A stretch of 63,493 bases of DNA, the filler included, from Choristocarpus tenellus KU-1152 (Eukaryota > Protista > Phaeophyceae), in NCBI GenBank assembly GCA_964200185.2. It is 7 parts of 7 records of this genome, joined end to end, with 100 filler letters (N's around TTAATTAATTAA, not from the genome) between each part and the next. Parts side by side here need not be neighbours in the genome. Positions count along the whole stretch, not along the records: positions 22,505 to 35,096 come from CAXNAD020001774.1; positions 35,197 to 43,925 come from CAXNAD020004399.1; 5 more parts are not named here. One strand, given 5' to 3'. The notes beneath the pieces were generated by a model. The model had not been told where the DNA came from, made no database searches, and saw only the letters and a program-made list of their open reading frames with translations. Positions 25,899 through 38,940 of the stretch are shown piece after piece. The first letter of the stretch is position 1; every line of letters starts with the position of its first letter. Both the position numbers and the translations under genes were made by a program.

Positions 25899-27479
25899 AA
25901 TACCCAGTACCTTACCAGGGTCATTTTTAGTATACTTAAGGATAGGTGGTGAAGAAATGGGCAACAGAGAATGGGGCCCTGTTGTATATAGTTGGTGTGT
26001 ACCACTACCCACAATTGAAGGTTGGGTTGTACTTCTGTAAGGAGCATGGAGAGATTCTACAAAACTATATGTGCAAAAGCTATATTCACGCAAGGATTCC
26101 GTGCTTTTGTGGAGGGTTTATAATTTGTATTCTTAAGAGGTGATATACAGAGGGTGGAGACTGTACTGTGGTGTCGAGGCCTGTAGAATCTTAGAGGGGT
26201 TTGTGCCTAGCCCAGATGATCCATTCGGGGCTTGATGGGGCGTTGTAAGACACTCCGGTTGATGCCCATTTTGAAGGTGATTTTCCTTTGGATTTGGTCC
26301 AGGCAGGGAATGGAGAAGGAATATGTGTTCAGATGACATGGAAAATCACTACAAGTTCACACAGGTACCAAATAGACACTTGACCCCCCCTCTAGAATAT
26401 TATGGGCCTGAGTTCAGGTTATCCTTCATACTCCAACACTTGTGTTTCAACGCTCTCCAGAGCTCACCTCCACAGGATGTGCAACTCTAATCCAACCACC
26501 TTAAAACGATGCTAAGGGGGTTTCTCCACAGTTGATAGCCACGCGTACGGGTGTCAGCTACTCTTCTCTCGAAGCTTTAATCAGTGCTTAGCTCAATGCT
26601 TGACTTAATGTTTTCATTGAGAATAAAGAGTGGGCAAGAGTTACAATGAGGGTCGTTCAAAGTATTCTTTATTTGCATCATGCACCCAGATTCTACAGAT
26701 TACAAATTGAAAGATATCTGAGAACCGTTGTATACGTACTCAAATTACAAATCTTCATTCTGCAACTTCCAGGAATTGATGTCTATTCTGTAAGGTTATG
26801 TATGCATTTCGAATTCTACTCTACATCTTTATCAATTCAAAATTTCTCTTGTTTGAATTCTTACGTGTGTATACTGTTCGCGCATGTTGGCACGTGGAAA
26901 TAAATGCTCGCGCTATTGGCCTGTAACATTAGAGGTCTTCATATAATCGCATCATGCAACTAAATATAAGTAGAGTCCCCTCAAAATTTTATCTTAGGTA
27001 CAGTCCCTCAACCGACCAGGGGCCCTTTATGATTGGGTCATGTGCAGCACACAGAGGGTGGGCAGGCAGCTCTATCGCCCATCCTGCCTATGCTGTCAAT
27101 TACCTCGAAGTATATATTTGGAACCTTACTTAATAGAGCGCCAATTGAGAGTCTTACAAAGAGCAGGTTTAACCCTGAAACAAAACTCAATTTGACGCTG
27201 AAGAAGCATGGTATCTGGCTGGGTTACATTTTATCCTTAGGAGGTATTTGTACCGGTGAAGAACGAAATCGTGCCATCACCGAATTACTGAAGTCCACCA
27301 CTATCAAATAGTTTGATGTGTCCTAAGTATTACAACCTTTGTGCATAAATATTTTAATTCATACTCAAACTATATAGGCAACATTACATATATATAATTT
27401 TCATTGGTTTCCCCCCTGACATATCTGCAAAATGTCAGAGGGCAAAATAATATAATATAGGCAAAGTAATGGAATCGTT

Positions 27480-28450
27480 AGTTCGTCTTACCAAGAAAAT
27501 GAACGAGGAAAAACATCGCTAAAAGGACTTAGAGCATTTTCAAAAATGGAAAAGATCACTCACTGAATCACCAGTTCTTGTATTTCCTTACGTTAACGAA
27601 GAGTTTTTTTCGTCCACGTTGATGCTGGTGAGTGGTTCAGGAGATTTTTTCGGCACAACTGGCAATCCTGATAACCTACCAACAAGTTTGCATGATTCTG
27701 CAAGAAATTGAATGAAGCACAACATCACTATTCAACTACATTAAGAGAGAGTGCTATGAAGTTAATATCGCTATCACTCACAGTTGTTCGTATCACTGGG
27801 TTAGGCACTTTGCTTGAATTACGGATCACGACCCATTGTAAACCGTGTGTGGAATACAGGATACAACAAACATGCTTACTCATTGAATAATCACACTCCG
27901 AGCTCATGATATAACGGTTAAACTCAGAGCCGGGTACAGGTAAGCTGAACGTTATCCCTGAAAATCTATTGCGTATTATCAAACTTGAACAGAGAAACCA
28001 TTGCCCCAATGCTGGCACCAAACTATTAATGTGTTCCCAGTGGTAGTAGTTCACATACCACACATGCTGTGCTCAAACAGAAAACGAGGTACCTCCATCT
28101 ACCCTTAACCAAGCAACACCCATCAAAAATGGCCAGATAGAAGGCAGGATTGTTAGAGCTTCATGGTTCACGAGGAATGACTTTGCAGTCATTTAACAGG
28201 TTTAATCAGCGACGCCAGAATTATGCCCTCACAATTGATGTGAAGAGTACGGGCACGGCGTTTTGACCACGGAACAGCTATTCGTACATTTGAGCCAGGG
28301 TATACTTCATCTAGATTTATGGGCAAATACTTTAAGCGCCATCAGCGCTTTCCCTTGTTCAAGCCTTGGTGGTTATGAATCGGTCAGGTAGGGAGAGAAG
28401 TGGGAAACCACTTCTATAGGTTTTCGGGATGTAACATGTAGGTCGTGGTA
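27480..28450 (+). mobile_element. Ty3/gypsy pol remnant (RT connection / RNase H)
   Basis: Degenerate AFSKWKRSLTESPVLVFP..EEFFVHVDAGE and LNEAQHHYSTTLRE, paralleling the element at 57150-60600. Confidence 0.65.
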
Positions 28451-30464
28451 CATATGGCAAATATGACTGTTTTACTCGGTATGAGCCAAGACCTAAGCCA
28501 ATCCCCTCTATGATGTAGAGCTGAATGACTTGAGTCATCCAGTTGACTCTGTGTGATCTGGGTGGGTTGTTGGAGACATTATTTTTGACTCAGTTGCCTT
28601 TGAGACTGGTAGCTGTGTTGCCCTTCTCCATGTCATGTTTAAGAAGAAACTCCAGGGGGACGCCCAGAAAGCAGCTGGATGGGTGCTGCCTTGCAAGCAT
28701 TTTTGAAATGAGGGGAGGAACATTCGTTCAGGGGTGGTGCATTTTCTCGCTCTGAATGTGATTTTGCACTCCATATTATCTATTGTGAACTCCAGATATA
28801 TATATTGTGCAATAATATATGACATAGACCCATAGTACCCTCCTGTGTAATTTATCTAGTAGTAGCTGACATGTACCAGCTGTCTCTTCCTAGCCTGATA
28901 GTTACACTATTAAAATGATGAGCTTGCACTTTGCCATTACCAGAGCAACTTCCTTCGCTTCCTTTGCACTAACAACCTCTGATGTCAGCGGATGCTTTCA
29001 CAACATGTTGCTGTTTAGTCTATGAGAGTTTTTCCTTGCAGCGTTTTCTTGTGCGGCTTCCTTCCGTAATATTTCCCCCGCCCGACAATTCCTGAACTAC
29101 CTTCTATCTGGGCGTTGCAACTGTCAGCAGCCTTGAACCTCCCCATCCTCAACACATGGGTCTCCGTAGTATCAAACTTGCTTGCAATTACATAATGCAC
29201 TGATAAGGTCACTCTACTCAGTTTAGGGTGGAGAGGTTTAAGGCTGCTGAAAGTCGTAACATCTAGGTTGAGGGTAGTTCAGCAAGTAGGCAGGCCGGGA
29301 AAAAACGAATGAAGGAACCTACAGAGGAACACTGCAAAAGAAACTCTCTGATGTCAGGCAGCAACATGTTGCGTAAATGTCCCGTGACAAAGGCTGCCAG
29401 TGCAGAGGGAACGAAGGAATTTGCTCCGGAAATGGCGCAACTACTGTTACAGTAGAATGCCAGCTAACATTTAAAATGATGTAGGCGTGGCTCTTGGCTA
29501 CCTCATCAACTAAAACGGTCATATCTTTACCATACCGCACCAAGCCCTGCACACAATCACACCCCAAAAGCATCCAAAATGGGAACGTTTCCTTTACATA
29601 CCTGAACGAGTCATAACCACCAAGGCTCAAAGAAGGGGAGGCCCTGACGGCATCATCGAGTGCCTGCTCATTGAGATGAAATATGCCCTGGCTTGAAGTT
29701 CAAATTGTTCCGTGGCCAAACACCAACCCATACTGTTCACATCAATGGCGAAGGCACTGTTCAGAAGTAACTGGGCAACTCCGCTAAAGGACCCCAAGTT
29801 CAATCCCTTGTGGGTTATGAAGTGAAACAACTCCACAGTTACCTGGTCACACTGGCCATCAGGGCTGAGGGTTTCCTTCAGTAAACAACCACTGCCGCGT
29901 GGTTCCCTTCAATATCTTCAGCAAAAACGCTACCAGGAGATGTAGTGCCCCCCCCTCTCAACTCTATCCCAACTCATTACCTGCATCCGAGGAAAACATA
30001 TAATTTTCTAAGTTCTTCGGTTTGAATCTCCTTCAAATCATCACAAAGGCACCTTATCTGTAGTAGGGACAAGGAAAAATGCAAAGTATCACAGATGGGT
30101 TGGGGGAAATAAATCAATACTACCACACCGCACCTGACACAACAGCAACTTCAAGACAAATTGAATGGTCATTTTTTTTAGCGGATAGCACAGATATCGA
30201 TATAGTAGAAGAGTGCAAGGGCCACACCTGTCTTCATGAACATCTTTACCTCCACCTTGCCCCCACCTTGCCTCTTAGGGCTCCTTTTCATCTCCTTCGA
30301 GTGTCATTCCCTGCTCTCACAGTTTGATACCAGAACATTGACTCCTCTTTCTCCACCTATTCTTCCTTCCACAGCATCCTGCAGCCATTCCTCAGCATGA
30401 GCACATCAGGCTTCCACATTGAACTGGTCAATTTATGCCACATCCACTGGTTCAGCAGCATCAT

Positions 30465-30610
30465 GACTCAAAGTATCTGGGGGGGGTGGGCGGTTGTCCA
30501 TTTGGGTAATATGGCTGGATACTTCGGATGGATAATGTAAGTGCACTTTTCCTGGTTATGACCAAAATGGACACCCTGGTGTACTCCCCTCCCCCCCAGA
30601 TACTTTGGTC
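30465..30610. mobile_element. MITE family A copy (internally deleted)
   Basis: GACTCAAAGTATCTGGGG ... CCCCAGATACTTTGGTC; flanks CAT/CAT. Confidence 0.8.
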
Positions 30611-31276
30611 CATTGACACATGCAGTTGCTGCCTGAAACTCCTCCAACTTTGCTTTCTCTTCTTCCGTCTTTAACATGGCTGAAGTTTCTCTTGTATGCA
30701 TGTCCAATAACTCACCGAACATCTGCTCAATCGACTCCTTCGCGTCTGGTACAACCGAGTCACTTGAGCATGAAGGACGTCCTGCGATTGGCACACCATG
30801 TCTATACCGATATGATTTAACCCTGGCCTTTGCTGCTCTTTTTCTCGCTGGGCTCCCTCACTCTAGAGACGCTGGTCGCTTCCCCAAGGGACCAGAGACC
30901 ACACACACATTTTGAACCAGGTTTGTTGTAGAGGTGTAGAGGCAATATTAATAGTGTAAATAGTACATCATTTTATTTCGGGTTTTTTTATTCTACAACA
31001 GAGCAGTACAACAATAGCACAAGTATGTGGCAGTAGTGGTATTATTGGGCCTGGTTCTGTGGATAGGGGATGACGAGAACCACCAGAGAAGAGGTTCAGA
31101 AACGAAGTGAGAGATTATGCTGAGGCATGTTGGGCGTCTGTTGACAGCTTCAGAGTGCCATGCTGATCAATCGCCACTGTGATTGGTTGTGACAAGTCAG
31201 AACACAAAGCATAATCTCAGACTTTTGTGGAAAGCAGGGTTGTCTGTTATCATGCAGTTCTTTCCGTATGCCATAT

Positions 31277-31535
31277 GAGTCAAAGCATTTGAGAGGGTAC
31301 AAATTTTGCCCTGTTTGTCCGTTCGGGACTTGACTTCCCACCAGGGGGTTTTATGCCCATTTTCAGTTTTTGAAACATTTCGGAGTAGGTAAAATATATA
31401 CCACTATGAAAGGTGTGTCTGGAGCAAGGATATTGACACTTACTAACAAACACACACCCAAAATTCATCAAAACTACAACATTGCATTTATGGCCCTGAA
31501 CGGACCCATCCATACCCTCTTAAATGCTTTGGGTC
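31277..31535. mobile_element. MITE family B copy (reverse orientation)
   Basis: GAGTCAAAGCATTTGAGAGGGTA ... TACCCTCTTAAATGCTTTGGGTC; exact TSD ATAT. Confidence 0.85.
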
Positions 31536-32149
31536 ATATACCAACATGCCGATTAAGGTTATTTTCTGAGAAACTTGGTTCAATTGTGGAGTATCTTCGG
31601 AAGGATGGGTTTCCGTGAATTCCTGTGACGTGTCTTCATGACCACGTTTGTCTGGAGGCGGATGGCTTATCTCTGAAGGGTTTATTTTCTGAACCCCATC
31701 CGAACTATGATTCTCCCCACTTCCTCAGTCCTTGTGCTCTAGAATTTTTTGCAGTTCTTTGCAGTTCTTGTGCTTAACCTCGTCCTCTCGGTTACAGTAC
31801 GTTTGGACGGTCTTGCCCGGTGATTCTCTTCACCACCCATACGTACCTGAGTGAACCACCTAGTCCAGAATCATACGATTCACACTCTGCTGGTTTGAAT
31901 CCACTGTTCACGTCTGGGTTACCGCGAGCCTGTCGTGCGTCTGACGCACACCGCATCACCTGTGTTGATCTCAATAGGAAAAGGTGATGTGTCAAATTGC
32001 GTATGACTACGTCACATCTGTATAAGCAAATTCCAAAAAGAAGATTTGTAGTAAGATTATGAACGATAAAGATAATCCTTCCCACGTTCAATAAAACCAG
32101 TAGTGGGATTTTGAACACAAAATCAAACCATTTTGGTTGAAAACATAAC

Positions 32150-32760
32150 TCTACCCTTTATCGTTGCATAGTTTCAACGCTTTTGAGACCCTCCAGGAGG
32201 TCCTACGAGTCGATCATGGCTCCTACCCTTGAGAAGCAAAGTGATAAACTTGTTGGACTCCTTGCCGAAGGTTAGTTTCATGGGAGATGTTGACGGAGTT
32301 CATTTTCTTGTAACTTGATCCATCGCCCAACTACTTTGACATCCTAAGTCAACCGATGAAGCTGGAAATCGGGGATAGATTGGTCGAATTCGCGAATTGG
32401 TGGGGATGCTGGCAATCGTATGTGTTGCAAGTGGGAGTTCCGAGCTCCAGATATTGACGTGGCGATTTGGTCGTATCGCTGGTGAAACAAAAACAATGTT
32501 CGATCAGGCAAACCTGGCTTGGCATTAACTTGGGTACTTGGATTGATTCTCCTACTCACAGGGGATGAAAAGGGAACTGATTCCGAGAGTACACGAAGAA
32601 GTACTTCAGGTTACAGTGTTTGATTCTGCAAAGAAAATTGTGAATAACTTGGTAACAACCCCAAACTGTCGATATGGTTATACCACAGAAGGACTTCGTT
32701 GCTGGGCACGGCTGGTTGGTAACTCCAACCCCGCAGTTCTCCAGTGATCTAAGAGTGCGT
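32150..32760 (+). mobile_element. Ty1/copia pol remnant (RT C-terminus / RNase H)
   Basis: Frame with stops gives FRAPDIDVAI (cf. TRPDIAYAV) and GTDSESTRRSTSGY (copia RNase H motif RRSTSGY). Confidence 0.65.
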
Positions 32761-35700
32761 AATCTAATAAATATCTGAGCCCCCTCGCCTATCCCTCTTC
32801 CCATTGACCGCCCTCTTGACCTTTTGCTCCTTGTAGAGGGAAGGGACTACGGAGGATTGGTGGCACAACGCTTGGTGGAGTTGGTGCGTGCAGAGTCTCA
32901 CGACCATAGGGATGCTCTGCATAGGTAATGCATCCGTTTGGTCCCATTCAGCTGAACAGATGATGAGAAGTTGCTTGGTCATTCTATACATGGACAGCAA
33001 ACTATGTTCACAAGCGATGAAGATGTCTGTTCCAATCATACCTATGTCCTATATATGCGCGAGTTTATCCACACACACACACACAAACACATCTCTATGC
33101 ATAGTTAATTTGAGTATTCCACTCAAGGAGTTGGTGGAATACATGCATTCATGATATACTCGGCAAAAATCACACTCTCCTTCACCTACAATCCTACTGT
33201 AATTGGCATGTTCACCAGACGAGTGGTGACAAGTGTGTCCCCCTACCTCTCGCATTCTGCTTGGGATGCTCGTGTGGCTGCATCAGCCTGCCTCGAGTCC
33301 CTTGCTGGCCTGGAGAGTGGTGAGTGAGTATTGCTGTACTCCAATACTAATACTGCTGTCTACCTTGGATAAAATAGCACCACAATAGTTTAGTGGAAGG
33401 TTTATAGTGCTTCTTGAGGGGCTCTTTACATTGCCTATCTCGCTCATTGTCTAGATCAGGACTTCATAAACTTGACGAACACAAACTTCTTTTCCCTGGT
33501 CCCATGGATGATATGCAATTAGTAGTGTAAACATGGTCTATGTGTTGTGTTGCATGCTCTGGCAGGAGCAGGAGGAGAAGCAGGCGCAGTAGCCGGGTGC
33601 AGATTGAATGCATCTAAATCAATATGTGACTGGGATGGGTTGGATACATTGATGGGCAGCCTGTCCAAGGGCTGGGTGACCCTTGACATGGTTGTTCTGC
33701 CTTCGGTCTTGACTCATGGCAAGCAGCTCCTTAGTCAAGGGGTTGAGGTAAGTTGGGGGGTAAAGAGTCGGGAACAGGAGATGTGGGGCATTTCTGAGGG
33801 AGGAAGAGGTAGGAGGGGGGAGGATAATGTGGGTCAGTTGAGAAAGGTCATTTAATTCGGTGCACTTGCTTTATAGAACAACTGGCCCCTGAACATCAAC
33901 AAATGTTTCAGAACAAATTGTCACCAACAATGTCCGGAATTATGGACGTTACGGGCTCAGTGTGACTGATCGTGCTAGGGTAATGCTAGCGTTGAGTGTT
34001 TTGTTGTACTGGGTGGTCCTAGCTATTTTATTTTTTTATTTTTCTAAGTTGTATGTGAAGAACCACCTCCTAGTTGTGTTTTGTGCCAATATCCTAGCGC
34101 AAGCCCTGGAGTGTGAAAAAAGAATGCCATCGTACATGTGATTACGGAACCAACAGCAGTGATGTTCATAGGAGTGGGATTGCGGACACAGGTCGAAGTT
34201 TTTGTAGTGACACCCCTGAAAAACCTGTGGTATCATGTGCATCGAAGATATCTCTATGGTAAGGCATACAACAAATAATCTTGTCCAAGTTTAGTCAAGT
34301 TGCAGTACGATATGGTGCAGTATGGTCTTCAACAGTTACATAGTGGAAGTGGGTACTGGACGACACTCCTCTTCCATTGAAGTCTCTGTGAACGTAGCTT
34401 GTGATTTATCAAGGTAATTGCTGTAATAGCCAGGTTTGGAGTGAGGGTGCACCCTGGATGGACTGTGCTTTTTTCCCTGGTCCTAAATTTAACCCTGTTG
34501 GTTGCTTTTAACCTCTGGACCCTCTTGTGTACACCGTCTCAACTCTACGCTGGTCATGGGACATGGCCTTGGATCCGTGGGTTGTGATGTTGGATTGATT
34601 GCATCACATTAGGAGTTTGAGGCAGTGTTGGAGGCGTCTAGGGATGTGGACATGAGGGTGGGTCGACAGAAGAAGCGACTACTCCATCGGATTGGCTTGG
34701 TAGTGGGAGGGGAAGTTGGAATAGAGGCTGCTATGTTATCCTGTGAGTGACCATTGTATGGCTTGACTGACACACGCGCTAAACCAAATGTGGTGCCTTG
34801 TGGTGTTGTCGGTGTTCTCATGTGTGTGTAGGTTGAGTGCTGTTAGTTTGGAGAGGGTGCTATATTGCTTGCTTCTTCGCTTTTTTTTTTAGGGGTGTGT
34901 GTGTTGTGAATATGCGGAGACTACATTTCGACTGCGTTTAGACTTTTGACTGCATTTATGTTGCTTTTTTGAATGTGTTTAGACTGACTGCACTTTGACT
35001 GCATTTATATTGCTTTTTTGGCTGTGTTCAGACTACACCTTGGCTTGCAGAAAAAAAAATAGTGTTGAGTTATGATATTCTTTTGTAAAAAATAACNNNN
35101 NNNNNNNNNNNNNNNNNNNNNNNNNNNNNNNNNNNNNNNNTTAATTAATTAANNNNNNNNNNNNNNNNNNNNNNNNNNNNNNNNNNNNNNNNNNNNCAAC
35201 CAAGAAAACTGAATTCACATCGCATCATTCTTGACTGAGAGATCAATGACCTCAGTTACAACAGAACAAACACATCGGTGCTTTGCAGTACAATCACACC
35301 TATCCATAACATAGACTACGCATGTTACTCATCGGTGCTTTGCAACACCATGATTCCTCATCGCTCGTAGTCTACACATTTTGCTTACATGTACGATGCA
35401 TTCGATTCAGGTTTCAACAGATTCCACCAAACATTTTCTCCTATGCTTTTATCATCACAACTTGCTACAACGTACTTGGATTAGTGCACATGGATGGGTT
35501 CACCGACTAATCTTTTCCTCTCGACAAGAGTCATTGGAGATGTGCGATGACTGCATGACATGCAGGGAAGAAGTAGAATGGTGCTCTTCTGATGGCAGGC
35601 TAGCCAACTATTTTCTTGTAATATAGGCATGAAGTATCCCTGCTCTCCCTTTTATCACTCTCATATTGCTTTCTCTCGTGTGAAAACAGCGGGCCATTGC

Positions 35701-36004
35701 ACCTCAGGTACTACAGTTCCACTCAGGTACACTACTTATGATGACGTGAAATGGTTGTCAACGACACCCTCCCCTTTAGCCTTCTGCACTATGGGTGTTT
35801 GAACTATAGTCCAACCTGTGCATTCGATATTTCTCGCACAAAGGATCGTCGCCAAGAAGCCCACTTCTGAATATTTCGTTGAACATGGCCTGGACACCAG
35901 TTAGATTATGCGGTGATAACTGTGTCATTCTACAACTTGATACAGTCAACGATCTGACTCGTCATACCACCTATGTAAGGTACTACTATGTCTTGTATAA
36001 ATGT

Positions 36005-36767
36005 ATTATTATGCCCTCTGAAACGTTGCAAATATGTCAGGGAAAAGGTCAATCCAATACCGTAAGGATCCCTGTAAAAGTAACAGTTGTCGTTAAATGT
36101 TCTCCAAGATCTATTTACAATGACAATAGCGGGCGCCGGAACAGCCCCCTACAGGGACAAAGGCCTTCTGCTAGATGTCACCTTCGCAGAGGTACAGGTA
36201 ACCTCCCAACTAACCCACTGACCCACCAGCAATTGTGTAGTTGCTGCTGCAGCCGAGGCGCGAAAGCGCACCCACTACGAGGGCTCCTTTGGTCCTCGTA
36301 GTTATAACCTCAACACCTTCGCGGTTCAAAGTTTTGGGCGCCTCGGCAAGCAATCGGAATGCTTCCTGGATGAGCTGGCTACTCACATGGTAGGGGGGAG
36401 AGAAACTGGAGGTTATAGCAGGAAAGGAGTAGTTAAATCCCGGCTACGCCAAATTGTCTCGGTAACTACGCAAGTGGCACTGCCTAGACGTGTCATGCGT
36501 TTTAAGCTGGAATCACCAGGTAGATGGGCACGGAGGGGTTTATTGGGTTCTTGGGGTGCCTCCCTAGGTCCTCCCGGGGCACAGGTATAGGTAGATTGGA
36601 GAAACAGGAGGCCAGTAGTACAACATAGATAGTGGTGAAGTAACAAATGGATTAGGGTCTTTCACATTTATGACATTTTATTCCTTTAGGGCTTATACTG
36701 ACAATATGTATGGTTTTCATTGGTTAACCCCCTGACACATCTCCAAGATGTCAGAGGGCATAATAAT
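36005..36767. mobile_element. TIR element family G with hairpin-containing ends (solo ends at ~22960-23055 and ~27395-27455)
   Basis: ATTATTATGCCCTCTGA at 36005 and its exact reverse complement TCAGAGGGCATAATAAT ending at 36767; ends include a CTGACA...TGTCAG stem. Confidence 0.6.
36110..36590 (+). mobile_element. 5'-truncated CRE-like non-LTR element, RLE-coding 3' end
   Basis: AAAAEARKRTHYEGSFGPRSYNLNTFAVQSFGRLGKQSECFLDELATHMVGG...SRKGVVKSRLRQIVSVTTQVALPRRV; homologous to 3245-3900. Confidence 0.75.
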
Positions 36768-37769
36768 AATAAAAATGTCTTGTATCGAGGATTTCATTAA
36801 CGTATAGGAAACTGTCACGATACATGCTTGTACCAGCACATACAACATTTAGCGTAACCATAGTTACTGCGATAGTGGTTCCTGGAATACGTCCACTATC
36901 AAGAGGATCGTCTCTTCGCGGTGCTGTTGAAGACAGCTTCCATTGCATCCGATATCCCCTTCCCGTGGTGGGAAGCAAAAGAAGTTCTGCATAACTGGAA
37001 CCCCATGCTTTCGGTGTGCCTTCCGCGTACAATGCATCTGCCATGTTCTCTTGAATTGTCGGCCATCAGAGAAAGGTGTATGAAGCACGTTGAGATCATA
37101 ATGCCTGTATTCTCTAAGCAAGGATGTGAAGTGGTCATGGATCGGTTTCTTCAGCCTTGCTTGACAAGGGGTTGTCCTCTGCAGTGTCGGTGTTGATGAC
37201 CATGAACCTAAGCATAAACACTTTCCCTCCGAGATTCCCTATCCCATTCAATTCCCTTGTCCAAAAAATAATCAGATACACTCCAGTCAAAACTATCTTG
37301 AAATGTAAAACTGAGTAATGTCTTGGTGCTCAATGGGTTGTTGTATACTTAGGTAGATGAACATGGCTGAGTGCCCTTCTTGCGGGTTTACTATCCACGA
37401 GTAATAGGCGTGGGGGCCTGGATCTTGGCAGTGTTGGATCTCTCGTGGAACGATCCACCGGACAAGGAACTCGGAGAGCTTATTTACGCCAAAGAGCTCC
37501 TAACCTTTTTTGCTCACGATGATATATATATATATATATATATTGGTGTGTTGTGTATGAGAGAGTTTTCCTTGGAATTTGGAGGGAACGCGTAACGGTG
37601 AAATAGACCATAAGAAGAACCGAGTTGCGCTGACAACCCATATGTTAGCATAACGCTCATATCTCACGGTACTCACTCTGCAATGGACCTTACGTTGTAG
37701 AGAAAACTTCCTAGACCACGGTAGACCTATCCCACAATCACATCCAAATGGTGTACTGTAATATAGAGA

Positions 37770-38185
37770 AGTGTTCTCCCCCCCTTTCAAAACTATGGAC
37801 ACAAATAAATACAGAGACAAAAACTCACAACAACTTTGAAACGGGTTAGTTGTTGCTGAAAGACTCACCCCTATCAATACTAGGAAAACATACAAAATAT
37901 ATGTCTCACAATCACATAGAATATATAGTATTGTCATATGACTCTCTCTCCCTTCAGAACTATTGGTCAAAAATATACACATGCTCACAAAATCACAACA
38001 ACACAGAAACAGGGTACCGCCGTAGAATTACTCTCCCCCTTCAGTAGAACTATGAATACAAATAAACACACAGACACAGAATCGCAGTAACATAGAAAAA
38101 AGCTATAGTCATAGAAATACCCTCCCTCTTCAGAATTATGAACACCAGAAAGTACAGACAAAAATCACAACAACGTGGAAATACT
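37770..38185. repeat. Degenerate ~85-90-bp tandem array, about 5 units
   Basis: Recurring ACTCTCCCCCTTCAGAACTATG...ACACAAA...AATCACAACAAC at ~37773, 37862, 37941, 38030, 38118. Confidence 0.6.
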
Positions 38186-38940
38186 TTCCCCTCGTTATAT
38201 TCTAAATCCAGTACAGTATTTTGCCCCACTCATCCGAATCTCATGTATGGTTGCAAGGTCCGTTCTTCCCTGATGACGTGGTGTCTGAGCCACAGATTCC
38301 ATAATGCAGGCCCTTTTCCTCCAATTCGAGAGAAATGAAGGATGAGATGAGTTCAGGACGTACCAAAGAGTTGACAAAACCACGAAGGATGGATTCAGAG
38401 CACAAGGAGCTGCCAAAGTGCACGGCCTTTCGTTCACAAGTTTGGGGCCTTGCAGGTCAATGCGAAAGATAAAAAAAATATGAAACGCAGTGTTCATGAT
38501 ATAATGAGAGTGTGCTATTAACAAGGCAGCTACTACTCCTGATGTATTGGAGTAGTATGTTTGGATGGTATGGGGTAGATGATTGGTTGTGAAGGTAGCA
38601 CAGCAGCAGCAGCGATTGTACTGATGGGTTGTGAATTGACATGTTCAGTAATTGTTCTGACCGACGTTTAGTTTGTGTTAGCCTGACAATACTCATTTTG
38701 CTACCTGAGCTCTTGATTCACTCCAACCTACCCCACAGTAGTCTCCGGCCTATTGAAGGGCCGGCATCTCATGGTTACTTGTGGCCTGTTTTCCTCTTCT
38801 CTGGTAACACAAACCTACTAAATGGCATGCTTTTGGTGTGTTTTCAAGAGTTGTACTTCCTCCACTTGGAACTAAATGTAACATAACCTTTACAGCCCAG
38901 ATGAAGAAGCGACATTTTTTTTAACAAATTCAATTTTTTA

